Of a stretch of DNA of 64,000 bases, positions 25,041-38,450 are shown piece by piece. The stretch comes from Podarcis liolepis (Eukaryota). Within the stretch, counting starts at the first letter, position 1. The number at the start of each line of letters is the position of its first letter. Made by a program: the position numbers and the translations under genes. Where the stretch lies: assembly GCA_965112155.1 (NCBI GenBank), contig OZ218114.1; one strand, given 5' to 3'. The notes beneath the pieces were generated by a model that searched no databases, was not told the DNA's origin, and was given only the letters and a program-made list of their open reading frames with translations.

Positions 25041-26382
25041 CGTCATGGGCAGTGCCCATGTGTCAAACGTTAGCCAGACCGTTATTAAAACCACGCAATT
25101 GTTGAGGACATTGCAACCCTCTATATAAACCAAGCCTTTACCCCCACCTTGACAACATTTCACTTTCTGCTTATTATGTTACTGATGAATCAGGACCTGG
25201 GTCGCATTGGCATGACGGTCTGCATCTTGTAACAAACTCTTCCAATGCACAAGTTTCACTATCAATACCACATTTCTGTTACGATTCCGAGCATGTATGG
25301 ATTTCGTGGGCAGGCTTCCCCATTCAGTTTGATGGAGGTGGCAGCTTTGGGAAATCCACTTATAGGGAAGGGAGCCATTGGGGCAGAGCTTACTGGAAAG
25401 GTATTGATGGTTTGAGGTGATTTTTTTTCCTCTGGCATATTTAAAGCACCAGTGTTTAGGGTGCCCTCTCCCCCCCCCCCCCAGTTCAGACACTCAGCCA
25501 AGCATCGTCAGCAGTCCATGAAGTGGGTGGGTGCCCTTCTCCTCCCCCATGGGGGAGCTCTGTGTATCCAGTGCCCTGATTCATGCAATTCTTCCTGCAT
25601 TAGGCCATCATGCATACAGGCCCCTGCATGGAGCACCCCTCACACGCTTTATTTGGATAGATGGTGGAAGACCACCATGTCCGTTCTTCTACCCTGTTAA
25701 TAGTACACTGAGCCGATTTCACCCTTTTCTGAAAATGCTGTTTGCTTCTTCATTTCACTAAGGTGAAGTTGGGGAGCGGGGTTAATTCAGGGTTTTGCTT
25801 TGTTTTTTAAAGGAATATAAAATTTGGCAATTAAAATGCATGAGCCAGATAGTTCTGTGGCTTTAGTTTCTTCCCTCGTGGCTGGAAAATGAGATGGCCA
25901 GTGATTCTGTTGCTTGGCCGTGGGGAGGCACCAAAGTCTACTTGCTTGACCACTTGTGAGTGACTGCACTAAGAACCAAGTGGTAAAACCCCCGAACAGA
26001 AAGATCCCCCAGAGTTCCTTCTTGCTCCCCTCCACCTTGGCCAGAGTCCTGCTCCTACTTCTGAAATCCTGAGTTCACCAGTTCCTTACTGTCCTTTATA
26101 CTTGCCAGCTATAACCAATCTCATAACATGAGCTACTGACCTTGATGGTGAGTGTGAGCAGTTATGTTCTTGTTGTTTTCTCTCTTGCTTGGTTGGGGCT
26201 GCTGTGAGAGAGGGTGTCTCTGAGGCATTCTTTCCGGCCTCTCTTACACTGGGACGTGCACTCCTCTCAAACACTCTTCTGAGCACGCTCAGCAGGAAGG
26301 TTTGTCCACACCTATTAATCCTCTCTCTGTGTCCAGCTTCTTGTTAGTAGCAGCTGGTTGCATGTTTTTTTTGCTTGTTCAG

Positions 26383-26396
26383 ATGAAACGGTTTAA
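26383..26396 (+). CDS. MSI2: Candidate MSI2 alternative last exon, coding part (D)ETV*
   Basis: Acceptor gttttttttgcttgttcag|; phase-1 reading GAT GAA ACG GTT TAA; AATAAA at 26531-26536. Inferred from signals only. Confidence 0.4.
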
Positions 26397-26530
26397 GAAA
26401 CGACTCATATCCAACTCTTGAAAAATGTCTCTCTCTCTCTCTTTCTCTCTCTTTTTAAAAATATATATTTTTGTTTATTTTAGTACACTTTCTCTCTTTT
26501 GGTTTTTTTAAAAATTACTTTCCCTTACTT

Positions 26531-26536
26531 AATAAA
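26531..26536 (+). terminator. Candidate intronic polyadenylation signal
   Basis: AATAAA with a U-rich upstream region and CTTGTTGTTCGTG downstream. Confidence 0.4.
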
Positions 26537-29500
26537 ACAAAACACTTGTTGTTCGTGAAACATCTCACATCTCCCCTTGCCTGTTCTTAGAGTGTTATGT
26601 ATCTGTGGGACTGAACTAAATGCATGCACTTGTCGTAGTTGTAACCGGTAGCAGTAGACGTAGTTGTAGAACATGCATTGTTGAGTTGATATTATAGGTT
26701 CTTGTCGGCTCGAAAGAGCATGGCAGTTGCAGTGTAGCCGCGGTTTGATTGGAAGTGTAGGTCAACCTGTGTAGAGCAATGCTGAACACCTGGATGCATA
26801 GTACAGTGATCATTATCTCCCAAACTTGGGCCTACCAAATTCAATCAGGACATTTTATTATTCTGCAAGGGCCCTTGGTGGTCTGGCGGGGGGGGGTAGT
26901 CAATTGACCGTTGTAAAAGAAAAAAAGTGACCCTTCTTTTAATTCTAAATACACTTACTTGTGAGTAGTTCCCACTTAAGCCAATGGGAGTTACTCATAT
27001 GTAAGTGCTTTATGATTTGAGGCCAAGTTTAATTTCAGCAAGCATTGTACACTCAAGGCTTCCTACAGAACATTAACCTTCTTAATATTCTGCATTAGCG
27101 CTCCGAATCCTTTTTGGAGGCCTTAAACCAGGCCGGCAGAGCAGGAAAGCCGTCCATTGGAGACCTAAGTTATGGAGAGTATGTACAATGACTAACCGTC
27201 AGAGTATGCAGAGGCACAAGGGAATTGGTTTTAGATCCTAAAGTGCAAATTTGGCTACGCCACAAACTTGCCACTGTTTGTATTCATTCCCACATTGCCA
27301 AGTTTTAGGATAATGTTTTGGTTTTTCCTCCCCTCAAGCACTACTGAACATTTCATGAACAGTCAATATTAGGTGTCCCAAGGCAAGTCTCATCATCTTC
27401 CTCATCAAACCAGCAAAATCGTCTTTTGCTTCTTCTCCCTCCCTGCATTTCTTTCTTTCTTTCTTTTTTGCACCTAGTTTTCTGTACTCAGCTTCTCAAA
27501 ATTGTTTTCCAAATGAGCAGCAGTGGGTAGGGTTGGCAGCTGGTAATTCAAGTCCTGAATGCCACATTACATTTGGTTTGTGGCTGCTACTGTTTTGTCA
27601 GCACATATCCTGCTGAGAGTAGATTGCGTACATCACCGTTCCCCTCCCACCCAGTTCGACATCTTGCCTGAAGATGCACTGCTGGTTTGGAGTGTGTTCA
27701 ATTTACCGAGCATGCTCAGTGTAGACGGTTAAATCCAAGCAGTTAACTCAGCATATGTTACTGGAAGAAATAAGATACGCTAAATATTGTTTCATTGTGC
27801 AGTTAAGAATATTGTTCTAACAGATCATAAAACATACGCCCCTCCACATGTTGTTGACCCAGATGACAAGTACATACCCTTCATTGATTGAAGGTGTCCC
27901 ACTTCCCTTATTGCGCCAGTATAGTTGTAAATCTCACGCACTTGAGGTATGATTATATAACTTGTCTCTTAAACAGCAAATCTACTACAAGGAATGGGGC
28001 CCACTGTTAAATGTGTGATGCAGGAAAATTAGATGGGTAACGTATCTAAAAGTTAGCAAAGCGGAAAATTGCATGGGAAGTAGCAATCCATGTCGTACAC
28101 TTAATTCCAGTACTTTCAAATATTTAGTCTTGTCATTAAGCACCTCTCTTGTTTGCAAATTGCAGTAATAAAAAAAGAAAAAAGATGGGAGCAACAGTTG
28201 GTTTGTGTACACAGAATGATGATGGGGAAATTTGTAGCAACATATTGGAACAGTTTGAATAGCCACTTGTGTTTTCTTCACAGTCCAAGGGATAGACCTT
28301 GAAGCAAGCCCTAGATGCTTAAATGTATATATATTACTGTCTAAAAAGTGTATAACATTTAATCCAAGTCATGTAGTCAGAATGTTAACAAGCACCACCT
28401 GGGGGATAGCAAGTGGTTTTCGAATGTCTTTCTCCTCTGAAAGACCCAATAATTACAACTGGAGCCCTAGACAGCTGATGCAATAGAAAGAGAAAATCTT
28501 AATGCACCTACTAATTTTCACTCTATAGTGTGGTAAAAAGAAGATGCATCTATAAATCTTTCTATTTGCCTAGTCCTATAAATGCTTCTATTTGCCTAGC
28601 CAGCAGAATGAGACTGCAATGATTTGTCCATAAGTTCAGAGCAGGAGGGTTATCCAGTAAACCAAATATTAAGCTAAGGCTTAGAAAGTGTATTTTAATG
28701 TAAAGAATGACACTACAACCTAGTACGCCCTTGCCTGCCTTGTGCTTCCCATAGTAGGTTGTATCCAGAGATAACTGTGTCCATTGGTTTTCTTCATTCC
28801 ACCACTGTATCTATGCTCTCTTTTAAAAGCAAGCACTTGAACTAGCATATATAACTCACAGCACTTTGACATATTTGAATGGCTTTTGTGTCCCCCTGCA
28901 CTTCCATTGCCTAGTTCTACTTGTCCCCTTTTGGACCACCAGGGAAAAAAAGATTATCCTGGTTCCTTAGGCATGGTTCACCCCAGACTGGACGGTCCTC
29001 AGCTCCTGTCAATTTCCCCACATTTAAAAGCTGGTCTGCTAACTTTTAAGTGCCAGCTATCTGGTTCAAATGGAGACGATCCTTTTCATCCTGGCCTGGC
29101 TTGTCCCTAAACATTCCCCAGTGCCTAAGAAACCCAAAGCCCTCTCCCTGATGCCATGGTCTGATCCAGACATTGAGACTCCTCAGCTCAGCCTGCACAC
29201 AGCCTCTTCTTTACCTGTCCCGCAGAGAGTCATGCATGCGACTCAGGTGGCACATCCCATTTCTCCACTTGAGGCATAACGAGAATGCGCTGCCCTGCAA
29301 GCCTTCCTTACTTGTGTGGCATGGTGGCAACCCACAGAGCGCTGGCTTCTGGCAAGGTCTTGCCGAAATCTTAGGAGATCTCATGCTGTCCAAGAGCTAC
29401 CTGCTGAGATCTTGCCAGCTGCCGGTGCTGCTTTTCTGCTGCTTTGGGTGCTGCCTCTTGGGCTTCTACCACTCAAGGCAACTATCTGACTCCAGTCAGT

Positions 29501-29729
29501 CCGGCCCTGATGTGGCTCTTTATGTAGTACGCTGGAAAGCTCTCAAACCCCTGCTGGCTTTCTGCCTGCATGCCTGCTGTTGCTACATATTGAATTTGTT
29601 TACTTGAAAAATTGTGCTTTGATAGATAAAAAGGTGAGACATTTTGCTGCCCTGGTGTTCTCGCCCTGCTGTCAAACTCACTTGTTACCTTGATGCTTTG
29701 TCACTGGGGCTCCTCTCTTGCTCAAAGTG

Positions 29730-29910
29730 CAATGTGGCTCTTTAGTAGAACACAGACTTTGGATGCAGAAGGTCCCAGGTTAAATCCCAGGTAGGACTGG
29801 GAAAAGATGCTCCCCCTCAGTCTGAAACCATGGAGAACCTCTACCAATCAGCATATATAGTCCTGAACTACATAGGCCAATGTGTTGGCGTAAGGCACAT
29901 TTCTATATTC
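29730..29910 (+). mobile_element. tRNA-derived squamate SINE (Squam3-like)
   Basis: gtggctctttagtagaacac..gcagaaggtcccaggttaaatcccaggtagg..tctgaaaccatggagaacc. Confidence 0.6.
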
Positions 29911-31660
29911 TGTGCCTGAAAAAGTGTCATGGGGAGTTTGCTTTGGCTAACTTCATTGAGGATTGCTGCTTGTTTGAGAATTCTTTAAATGCTTCAGGGA
30001 AACCGTCCATGGATCCCATTCCTCAATCAGCCAATCAACCCTCTTTTTAAAAGGGTTGCAGCAAGGCATTGTCAGCCTGGGTGACACATCAGTAGAGAAA
30101 AATAAATTGCAACACGTGCCATCATTAGGCCCCTGAAGGTTCCCTTAAGTAGGTAGAGTGAGAGAGAGAATTCTAGTAACGCTGGTTTGCCCCTCCCTGT
30201 TATACGACAATTACTTTCCTTCAAGTAATGCTTTCCTGCATTATTTTTCAAAAAGAACTTAAAGCAGAATGACTTCCATTCAGCTTCTGGAGGTGCTCAC
30301 TGGAGGAAAACCCCTACCATTATAGAAGTTGGGTACCTGTGAGCCTGTTCTGGGACATCCACCTGCGCCCCATCCATTTATTTTCTTCGTTCAAGGGCAG
30401 AGCATTCTTTCTTAGTGAAGCGCTAACCCTCCTGTACACTGAGGAGTTCTGTGAATGCTGCGGCCAAGTTCTGACTCTGGCTGCAGTAATTTTACTTGAT
30501 TCTATTGTGGGTAAAATGTATTAGCTTTTAATCACTTATTTTGTAATAGAAAATCCAGGGCACTTGATAAATCATCTCCAGCGCAATTAGTGACCAGCTC
30601 AGGAGAGCAGGCTGAAGTACGGTATAAGTTAATCTGTAATGAATGTAGTCACTAACTTTTAATGGTCTTCTCAATCAGTGGAATTATTTTCAATGGGCAA
30701 ACACTCTTCCACGGAACCCGCTCTGACTTGCAGGGTGCCTCACTTCACTCCTGTGATCCAAACAGACTAATCATGTGTTCAGAGGAAAGGGGGCTCTAAA
30801 AGGTTCTTTCGCTCCATGAATGAATTTTACTCTACTCTTGGCAAGCCCTGAAACAGGCACTTCATGTAACTCAATTTTTCCCTGATGGAACAAAGCTGAA
30901 GAGTGAGGTCTTCTCTTTCTCTTTCCTGCAATCATTATCCATTTTCCATTATAATAGTCCCAGGAGGGCTCTGGCAATCTAAAAGCTATTCAGGCACTTC
31001 TTCAGATATAGGCAGAAGCACAATGATGGAGAGCCAGGGTAGACCAAGTGTTGGATCCATACCTCAAAAGACTTGGGTTCAAATCCCTCAGGACATTGGG
31101 GGATCAACTAAGGTAATGTTTGAACTCATGCAAGTTAAAACTTAGCAGGCCACACTTTATAGATTGGAAACCACTAGGGAACCACAGCACAGCTGCCCTG
31201 AATCTTTCTGAGAGAGTGTCAGATACAAATAACTAGGTTTGTGAGATGGCAAACTGCTGTCTCTCAGTCTCAATTTCCTTAGGCTAAGAATAGGGATGCC
31301 TTACCTCATAGAGATGCTATAATAAAGATGAAGATTGGAAGACTCCTTGCACATCCCAACAGTTTTGCATGCACAGTTATTAGTTTAACATGCCTTTTCT
31401 TTGCAGAACGCAATCCTCTGTGCATAAACGTTGCCCATGTGAATATGAGTGCGAGCTCACCTTTTTCCTGCTATTTTTCATATTAGCTCAGCAATGCAAG
31501 AGCTATATATTAGAGCCACAAATAATCTCCCCTCCACTTCCGATGCAGAGTCATCATTTGTCATTGTTCTGCTTATTTCTTCCAGGACCATTGATAGTTC
31601 CTGGGTCCAAACAATGCCTTCATACATTCAGGTTTTATTTATTGTCCACAGCAAAGAGTA

Positions 31661-32028
31661 AAGGTAAAAGGTAAAGGTACCCCTGCCCGTACGGGCCAGT
31701 CGTGTCCGACTCCAGGGTTGTGCGCCCATCTCACTTAAGAGGCCAGGAGCCAGCGCTGTCCGGAGACACTTCCGGGTCACGTGGCCAGTGTGACAAAGCT
31801 GCTCTGGCGAGCCAGCACCAGCGCAGCACACGGAAACGCTGTTTACCTTCCCGCTATAAAGTGGTACCTATTTACCTACTGCACTTAGGGGTGCTTTTGA
31901 ACTGCTAGGTGGGCAGGAGCTGGGTCCGAAAGACGGGAGCTCACCCCGCCACGGGGATTCGGACCGCCGACCATACGATCGGCAAGTCCTAGGCACTGAG
32001 GTTTTACCCACAGTGCCACCCGCATCCC
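31661..32028 (-). mobile_element. Sauria SINE (Squam1-type), full length
   Basis: (ACCTTT)n tail seen as aaggtaaaaggtaaaggt; BovB-like 3' part (gtcgtgtccgactc); tRNA-like head (cccacagtgccacccgcatccc); TSD AAAGAGTA at 31653-31660 and 32029-32036. Confidence 0.92.
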
Positions 32029-32045
32029 AAAGAGTAGCACCCTAT

Positions 32046-32408
32046 TAAAGGTAAAGGTAAAGGACCCCTGACAGTTAAGTCCAGTTGCGAACGACTCTGG
32101 GGTTTCGGCGCTCATCTCGCTTTACTGGCCAAGGGGGCCAACGTTTGTCCGCAGACAGTTTTTCTGGGTCATGCGGCCAGCATGACTAAGCCGCTTCTGA
32201 CGAAACCAGAGCAGCACACAGAAACGCCTTCCCACCAGAGTGGTACCTATTTATCTACTTGCACTTTGACATGCTTTCGAACTGCTAGGTTGGCAGGAGC
32301 AGAGCCCGAACAATGGGAGCTCACCCCATCGTGGGGATTCGAACTGCCGCCCTTCTGATTGGCAAGCCCTAGGCTCATTGGTTTAGACCACAGCGCCACC
32401 CGCATCCC
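32046..32408 (-). mobile_element. Second Sauria SINE, different subfamily
   Basis: taaaggtaaaggtaaagg tail, shared core ggtacctatttatctacttgcact..ctttcgaactgctaggttggcaggagc, head ccacagcgccacccgcatccc. Confidence 0.9.
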
Positions 32409-33400
32409 AACCATAAAAATATTGGGGAAAGTTCAGGATCTTTTTTTAAAAATACTATTTTCAAGTTGTTGCCCTGTTTTTCTATGTAAACCCTTTTTAG
32501 AACTTTTTGCTGAAAAGCAGTATATCTAAATACCCCTAATAAATAATACCTAGTGGACTACAGTGCATTTCAACAAGTGACTTTTCTCTTAAAACCATGC
32601 CTGGACAATGACCATTCTGACTTAAATGTGAGGTTAAGTCCCGGTTTTATTTTAATTTGCCTCTTTTTCATATCTGTAGCTGCACAAAAGGCCTCAATTT
32701 AAAATTAACAGGAACAATAGCCTATTAATGTGTTACAGTGGGAGGCCAGAGTTTCAGTTGCCATAGCAATGGAGTTCGGCTCATTTGTTTTGTAGATGAA
32801 TAATTACTACACAATTAGAGTAGGCTAAAAATAAAGGGTCCCTTTCTTCCCAGTCACTCATTAATATTAATAAAAGGCCTGTCCAGGCTGTGGTAAACAA
32901 TTAATGCAAATCTGGCCACCAGTGGTAAAAAGGTAGCAGTAAAAGACTCATTGCTAAAACGAGAGAGAAAAAGTAAGAGAGATTATTCCATTCCTTCGGA
33001 TAAAAAAGGCAAATGATTTGGAAATTATTCTATATTGACCCAGGTTGAGTTGTTGTATCGCTTATAATGGAATGGCCGCTGGGCTTCTAAATAGAGCTGG
33101 ACAGCAGATCTATGAAGTTTTCAGTGTTAGTTCATATGGAGACAGGTGGCCCTTGAGGTATTTCAGTCCTGGGAAATATAGAATATAGAAAGCACTGTTG
33201 CCATGAAGGGCATTTTACATAGCAATATATAAGAAAAGGCAGCAACCTGCCCTCAGCCACCCTTTCAGCAGCTTCCTCAGTCTCTGCTCTTCTGTTCTCT
33301 CTCCACCATCCTTGTGACTTCGCACTGGAGCATAAAGAACATCCTCTGTGTTGCAGGTTCCAAAATTTCATCATGGTGAATGTCCAGAGCCTTTCTTAGT

Positions 33401-33622
33401 TAGGGCTGCCATATTTCAAAAAGTAAAAATCCGGACACAAAAGTTGTTGAGCAAAATCACAAAAAAGAAAACGTGAGCTATTTTTAAGGAAATTCACCAA
33501 AATCTACGCTTAGGGTGTGGGTTGCCATATGTCTGGATTTTCCCGGACATTACAGCAATTTCCTCCCAGGCACTGTTTACAAGGGCCAAACTCTGGCTAT
33601 GTCCGGACATATGGCAGCCCTA
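33401..33622. mobile_element. hAT (TAGGG-ended) MITE
   Basis: Perfect 14-bp TIR TAGGGCTGCCATAT / ATATGGCAGCCCTA; 8-bp TSD TTCTTAGT / CTCTTAGT; internal repeated TCCGGACA motifs. Confidence 0.9.
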
Positions 33623-36600
33623 CTCTTAGTGAAACTAAGATAGACACTTACCTTGGAGGGCCCATATTTGTCCTCAACACAGCAAGCAAAGCAGGCAAAG
33701 AAAGATGAGGTAGTTGGGTTTCAGATGAGGGATTATATATAGAGTAATGGCAAACAGATACCTGGCAGCAGTAATCAACCATGTGAAGGTCTAGAGCACA
33801 TCAGCTTAGCTTTATTCTGCTGCCTTTTAACCCAGTGAAGGCACTGATTGGGGAGATATTCCTTGGAAGCACCTTGGGCCTCACCTGGCCTGGCACCTTC
33901 TTCCAGAAATCCACTTCACAGTTTTTACCATGCTGTATTCCACTGCATGCCATCACCAGCTCATTCCTGACTTTATCAACTTGTGTTAAAGATCATGTAA
34001 CCTCTTTGTTCTGCCCACTGTTTTCAGTGACTCACGATCAGATAAGACATTCAAAAGATAAGTATTCTGAATATTCCTTTCTCCTCTTTATTCATTGGAC
34101 GAGCTCTTTGGAGTCCAGACTGCTCTTGAATGCAGGTGTGAGATAAGGAGCACATGCTATATATTGTGGCTTCATGAGTAGCTATTTTAGCAATAAAAAT
34201 TCACCATGATAAGAATATGACCAGCAAATCACCAGCTTCCATTGCTGTAGGTGAAGAAGCTACACAGCAAAATGCTTTATGATACAGTGGCATCAGTCGT
34301 CATGCTGGCGAATGGCAAAAAAACTAAAAATGAAAAACAAAAAAGAGAAACAAACAGCTCAAAAGGGGAACAGGAACCAGTGGTTGAAGTTTTTGTCAGA
34401 CATTGACTTCTTCCTTCTATTCCAAGAAACAAAATGGCTGACCAGTTGATTGGCACGGTCAACTATTTTGACAGATTGCCTTGGAATCCCCAGCCTCTGT
34501 GATTGTTGTCTTCTCTCCCCCCCACCCCAAACTCACTCAAAAATAATAATAATCTAGACAAGATGTCAAAATATGGTGCAGGCTTTTCCGAGGGGATGGT
34601 TATCTTCTGCCCTCCAAAACTATGTAACAAAAAGAGAGAGAAATGTAGCACAGCATTTGAAAGGTCGACATTTGTTTGTTGTTAAGGATCTAATTAGAAG
34701 CATGAGAGGGAGCAGACTGGCTGCTTGCTTGGCTAATTAGTGACATGCACGAAGACCACTTTGAACTTCAAGGACACAGAGCTATTAGCACTTACATCAA
34801 AAATGGATTAAACTTCTGTGCTTTTGTAATGATTAAAGATGAGCCCCTCAAGTGGAAACTCTTTTGTCAAATGCTGCAAGAAGAACTGGCGCCCTGATTG
34901 CCGCTTCTCTTGGAGAAGCTTTGCAAGGCCTCGCGTGTGATGGCACTGGCCCCATCTGAAAATGACACTGTGTTTAATTCGCAATATGGGAGATTTTGAT
35001 TAGGTTATAAATATTGATTGCTCATGAAACATCACAGCTAAGATGAGAAATGTATTTATTTGCCTCCATGAGCGAGTGCAGGATTTTATTTTGTGAGGGT
35101 TTTTTTAATATACTTTGCTGTGTGTCAAGTATTTTGTTAATCTGTTCCCAATCACTTGTCGACAATCCTTTATCAGTGTGCAAGTTTAAACTCAGCTAAA
35201 ACAGCTATTAAGGATGCAGTTGTTTCTAATATACTTATGGCTTTGGACGGGTGGCTAACTTAGACGTCAAAGTGCCCCAGCCTATCGCCATTTTAGTGGC
35301 TTTAAAGAAGTTGTCTAAATTCCCCGGTGCCTCATCTGTCTGACACGGCGAAAGAGCAATTCCCCCACACCCTCCCTACACTACAGTTGCTATGTCCCTT
35401 GCAGAACTTTGAGAAAGAGGAAATCCTTCCTATCTTACAACAAACCATCTTGAGGCTAATACTGATGCAAGTTGAGAGGTGCACATCTTTCCTGCTCTCC
35501 TGAGTTCTCATTCTGGCCTCTCTGTAGGCCACAACAGACAAGGCTTGTCAACCTGGAACAGGAGTATTTTTGGCCATTTCTACAATTCAGCACCATGTGA
35601 TCTGTGCAAAACTCTTTGATGCACCATCTCCATATAGAAACCAATTGCAAGAGACAGCTCTTTTCTTAATCGTATTCTCAACCTATCAACAATATTTGCA
35701 AACTACACTTCACTGTATGTATTCTGGATTCAGTCTTTGCCAATGGTCCTCCATTCCTCTGTCCCATGTATCCTCTTGTTGATGCTCCTCTTAAGCTACA
35801 AATGCAACTGGTACCACCACCACCCTTTCTGACCACATTATACAGCAATAGATGTATGGCATTTCTCCTACACCCACTGACCCTTTTGAATTGTATGGAT
35901 TTCAGTGGGATTTGATCTTGCTTAGCTGTCGCTGGCTTGTGTCCATATTCCACAAAGCAGGGTGCTAAAGCCTGGAGATTGCAGCTCTTTTTATACATGC
36001 CATGGGGATTTAGCTTCTACAAATGTATCCGAATATCTTTTGAGCTGTATCATGAACCCAGCTGCACAATGGCTCTTTGAGCTGCATTTAACCTCCCTTG
36101 TGATTATGTTACCCAGTTATGTTACATGAAGCAATCAATATGTTCCAAAGCTTGCAGAGAGGAATGTTCTAACCTTTTGAACAGACTCTAAAATCCAGGT
36201 GGTCTTCATTTTGTACAGGGACACCAAGACTATTTCCTATTTAGAGCAACATTGTGGAAGTGACACCAGTAGCATAGTTAGATAATTTTAGGCTTACTAA
36301 CCTTATACACGGACACACCTCTTAGATCTTAGGTTTAGTCATGTTGCATTTTGTAGCCCTCTTGCTCATTTTGCTGAGTGGGGCTCTGGTCATTTGCCCC
36401 AAAATCCAATTCTGAGACCACCATCATGTAGCAGATGAGAGATTTAAGACTAGAATTTTTACAGGCCCTTGCATCATGATGGATGTTTGCTTTTAGGCAG
36501 TGGGTGGGCAACCTGCAACCAAACCAGCCTTAGGCATGTTGCCCTCCGTCTCATCTCATGGAGCCCTTGGTCTAATGTCATGCTGGTGGGGAAAGTTGGA

Positions 36601-36885
36601 AGAAAGAGGAGGTTTGGAGGAGGAAGAACCAGGGGAGAAAGCAGAGACAGAGGGAGACAAATGAAAGGAGGAGAAGAAAGGGACACTGCAGACCACGGGC
36701 AAGAGTGATCTGCCTCTCCCTGGTTGCCCATCAGGCAGGGGATGAGAAGGGGTGATAGAAAGAGAAAATGAGTGGTCCCTATGCACACACTTTGTATCTA
36801 GCTTCATCCACTGCTCTCTTTTGTTCTGCCACCACTAGCATTCAACACCCTCCCCCAGCTGACCCCCAAAGGAACGCAGCCCTCT

Positions 36886-37529
36886 ATAGAATCATAGAGT
36901 TGGAATAGACCACAAGGGCCATCGAGTCCAACCCCCTGCCAAGCAGGAAACACCATCAGAGCACTCCTGACATATGGTTGTCAAGCCTCTGCTTAAAGAC
37001 CTCCAAAGAAGGAGACTCCACCACACTCCTTGGCAGCAAATTCCACTGTCAAACAGCTCTTACTGTCAGGAAGTTCTTCCTAATGTTTAGGTGGAATCTT
37101 CTTTCTTGTAGTTTGGATCCATTGCTCCGTGTCCGCTTCTCTGGAGCAGCAGAAAACAACCTTTCTCCCTCCTCTATATGACATCCTTTTATATATTTGT
37201 ACATGGCTATCATATCACCCCTTAACCTCCTCTTCTCCAGGCTAAACATGCCCAGCTCCCTTAGCCGTTCCTCATAAGGCATCGTTTCCAGGCCTTTGAC
37301 CATTTTGGTTGCCCTCCTCTGGACACGTTCCAGTTTGTCAGTGTCCTTCTTGAACTGTGGTGCCCAGAACTGGACACAGTACTCCAGGTGAGGTCTGACC
37401 AGAGCAGAATACAGTGGCACTATTACTTCCCTTGATCTAGATGCTATACTCCTACTGATGCAGCCCAGAATTGCATTGGCTTTTTTAGCTGCCGCGTCAC
37501 ACTGTTGGCTCATGTCAAGTTTGTGGTCA
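36886..37529 (-). mobile_element. Young 5'-truncated CR1 LINE
   Basis: Intact ORF 37049-37513(-) [47 protein letters not shown] is the CR1 ORF2 C-terminus; 3' terminal ATTCTAT-type repeat at ~36886-36900. Confidence 0.97.
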
Positions 37530-38339
37530 AGGGCTCCTCACCTTTGTTGAAGGTGAAGAATGTTCCCTGTTTTCTTCAAGTTCTTTCAATGCCCTGCCCT
37601 GCTGCTGCTTAGCTCATACATTTATACAAAGAGAGAACCCAGAGATGAGCAGATTTTTAAGAGTGTGTTCAGGTGGCAAAGTGGTACACAGAGTGCCCCA
37701 TGATATTGCACTTTCCTGATACCTGGGAACCCCTTTTACCATTTTTTCGAATGCCTATGGGCATCAATAGATGCTTAGCAAGGTAAGGGTTCAACTTGAG
37801 TATGTTTCAGGGAGGAAAGTGTTCTCGAGGGATTTATTGTTTATTGTATTAGGGTTTTTATTGTTTGTTGGTTTAGGTTTTCTTCATTTTGCAGTTAACT
37901 AATTCAAAGTATTTGTGGTCAGAAAGAATCACTGCAATTATCCAATTTGATTTATTGTAGCAGGAGTTTCCAAAGCATCCTCCCAATGTTTTTATCCATT
38001 CTTAAGTTGATGAATTCTTGTGGTCAGCGGGTCAGCAGCAGTTCTCAACTTTCTAAGATTTGAAAGCACCACCAAATTTACATAAATGTGCTCTTAGTGG
38101 CATATCATCCTATATAATTTGCTTTCAAAGACACTGAGCCCCATCTGCTTAAGAAAGGCCTTTCTGCCCTGTGATCCAATCCGCATTCCAGTTTTGCAGG
38201 TCACTTGGCTAAAGCTTTAGAGAGTGACCTGCACAATTGGCATGATGACTGGGCAGTCTATAATCCCATGGCAGATTGCACAAACACAATCCCAAATGCC
38301 AGTTTCAACTAGACCTAAAATCTGAAGGCATCTGATGCA

Positions 38340-38450
38340 GCAGCCTTGCTGAAGCTAAGCAGGCCTGGCTCTCATTGGGGCCTGGATGGGAGACTGACTG
38401 GGACCTCAACATAAATCTCATTGAGTTCTATTGAAGAAAGAAAGATTCAG
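38340..38450 (+). mobile_element. 5S rRNA-derived SINE relic (related copy at ~59070-59170)
   Basis: gaagctaagcagg..gcctggatgggagactgactggga resembles the 5S internal control region (GAAGCTAAGCAGGG..TGGATGGGAGACCGCCTGGGA) but is degenerate and incomplete. Confidence 0.6.

Noticed and set aside
38340-38410. 5S rRNA-like sequence
   Set aside because: Partial and degenerate; a SINE relic, not an rRNA gene.
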